A stretch of 64,000 nt of DNA from assembly GCF_009914755.1 (NCBI RefSeq), contig NC_060930.1; one strand, given 5' to 3'. Each line of letters begins with the position of its first letter. The first letter of the stretch is position 1. The notes below the pieces were generated by a model. That model was not told the origin of the DNA. It saw nothing but the letters and a program-made list of their open reading frames with translations, and did not search any database. This document shows positions 1 to 64,000 of the stretch, in pieces. This stretch comes from the human T2T-CHM13v2.0 reference genome, Homo sapiens. Made by a program: the position numbers and the translations under genes.

Positions 1-1023
1 TGTAGGAAGGCATCTGGGGGATGGGGAAGAAGGAGGCTCACAACCCAAGGAGAAGGTGCTGTGGACTGGGTTGTCAGGGACATGTGGTGGCCATGTGGCA
101 GGACCCTGGAGTCCTGGCGCCACTTCTCCTGGCTGTGAGGCCCTCTGTGGCTGCCATTCCTCCTCCCAGCTGCTTGGGGGAAGGGAGGTCTAAACAGGCC
201 TGGGGGGCCCTCCGGAACCAGAGGGGAGACAAGGCACTATCCATCCCCTCTCAGCATATCTTGGAGGCCTGAGCAGCAGCTGGGGCCCATCTTCTAAAGC
301 TTGACTCCTCCTGACCCGCCTCCTACACCCCTTGCTGCTTTCACAACAAAGAAAGAATGTGGGGGTGGTGGCGCTGGGGGTGGGGGTGCCTGGAACAAGG
401 GTTGTGCTGGGCCTCCCCACAGCTGGAGACTTGGCCATACCCTGACACAGCCCAGACTGCCTGGAGATGGACTTGGGATGAATTTGTCAGTTAGCAGACT
501 TCAGCCTGGCTTTCAGAGCCCAGCGTGTTTCTACCTTTGGGTTCAGATTGGTCTACAGCCAAACCAGACCCCAGTCATGCACACTTCAGCCCCTCTCCGG
601 GCTACACAGCATCTTCAGGTTACTTGGGGACATTAAGGACACCCTGCTGTTCTGGGTCTGCCGTTAAGATTTTGGGTTGCTGAAGAGTTGGCGGGGCCCG
701 CCTCTTCCCCTGCCCCCACCTGGAGAATTCTGGGGGAACTGTTGGCCAGAGCCTCCAGGTATGCCCAGAATGGACCATTCTCCCCAGGGTCCACGGAATC
801 GCACAAGTCACTTAGGTTCTCCCGGATCCCTGCAGAGTCGGTGGTGGGTACAGCAAATACTCAGGTCCCCTGCACTTCCCTGAGCCTTGCTCTCTCTATT
901 CTCCATCCCTCTCCAGACCCCTCCCCCTACTGAGCTCCTCCCCGCCTCGGCGAGGAGGGGGCGTCGAGGGGGCGGGGCGCCGTGCGGGGGCCGGAGGGGA
1001 GGGGGCGTCGTGGGGCGGGGCTT

Positions 1024-1107
1024 GGCGGCGGCGGCGGCGGCGCGCGGGGACTCGGAGGTACTGGGCGCGCGCGGCTCCGGCTCGGGACGCCTCGGGACGC
1101 CTCGGGG
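1024..1107 (+). repeat. (GGC)6 and a 10-bp tandem CTCGGGACGC x2.6 at the TSS/5'UTR
   Basis: ggcggcggcggcggcggc at 1024-1041; ctcgggacgc ctcgggacgc ctcggg at 1081-1106. Confidence 0.85.
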
Positions 1108-1234
1108 TCGGGCTCCGGCTGCGGCTGCTGCTGCGGCGCCCGCGCTCCGGTGCGCTCCGCCTCCTGTGCCCGCCGCGGAGCGCAGTCTGCGCGCCCGCCG
1201 TGCGCCCTCAGCTCCTTTTCCTGAGCCCGCCGCG

Positions 1235-64000
<62,766 letters not shown>

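Overview
Human (primate) genomic DNA holding the 5' part of PTK7 (protein tyrosine kinase 7/CCK4, a pseudokinase Wnt/PCP co-receptor) on the + strand. The layout is: CpG-island TATA-less promoter; signal-peptide exon 1 (ATG 1235); an alternative signal-less first exon (ATG 1630); a ~52.4 kb intron 1; then coding exons 2-9 (Ig domains 1-5, exon 9 cut by the window end). All splice phases join into one frame. The introns carry about 70 Alu pieces plus MIR, L2, old L1M, MER2, MER44, MER104, MER5, MER3, MER51, MLT1 and THE1 relics. I found no independent new gene. The most notable leads are: (1) a candidate recursive-splicing site (polypyrimidine-CAG|GTATGT plus a 31-nt poison RS-exon) in mid intron 1; (2) templated/snap-back insertion scars inside Alus; (3) a read-through/intronic-polyA route to a secreted 459-aa Ig1-4 isoform; (4) an Alu-flanked exon 2-7 block that would form a stop-free 1149-nt circular ORF; (5) a probable retroposed mRNA 3'-UTR fragment; (6) a ~100-nt imported segment carrying splice signals; (7) a nested-stem structured element. 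Repeat family names and boundaries come from visual recognition, not RepeatMasker.
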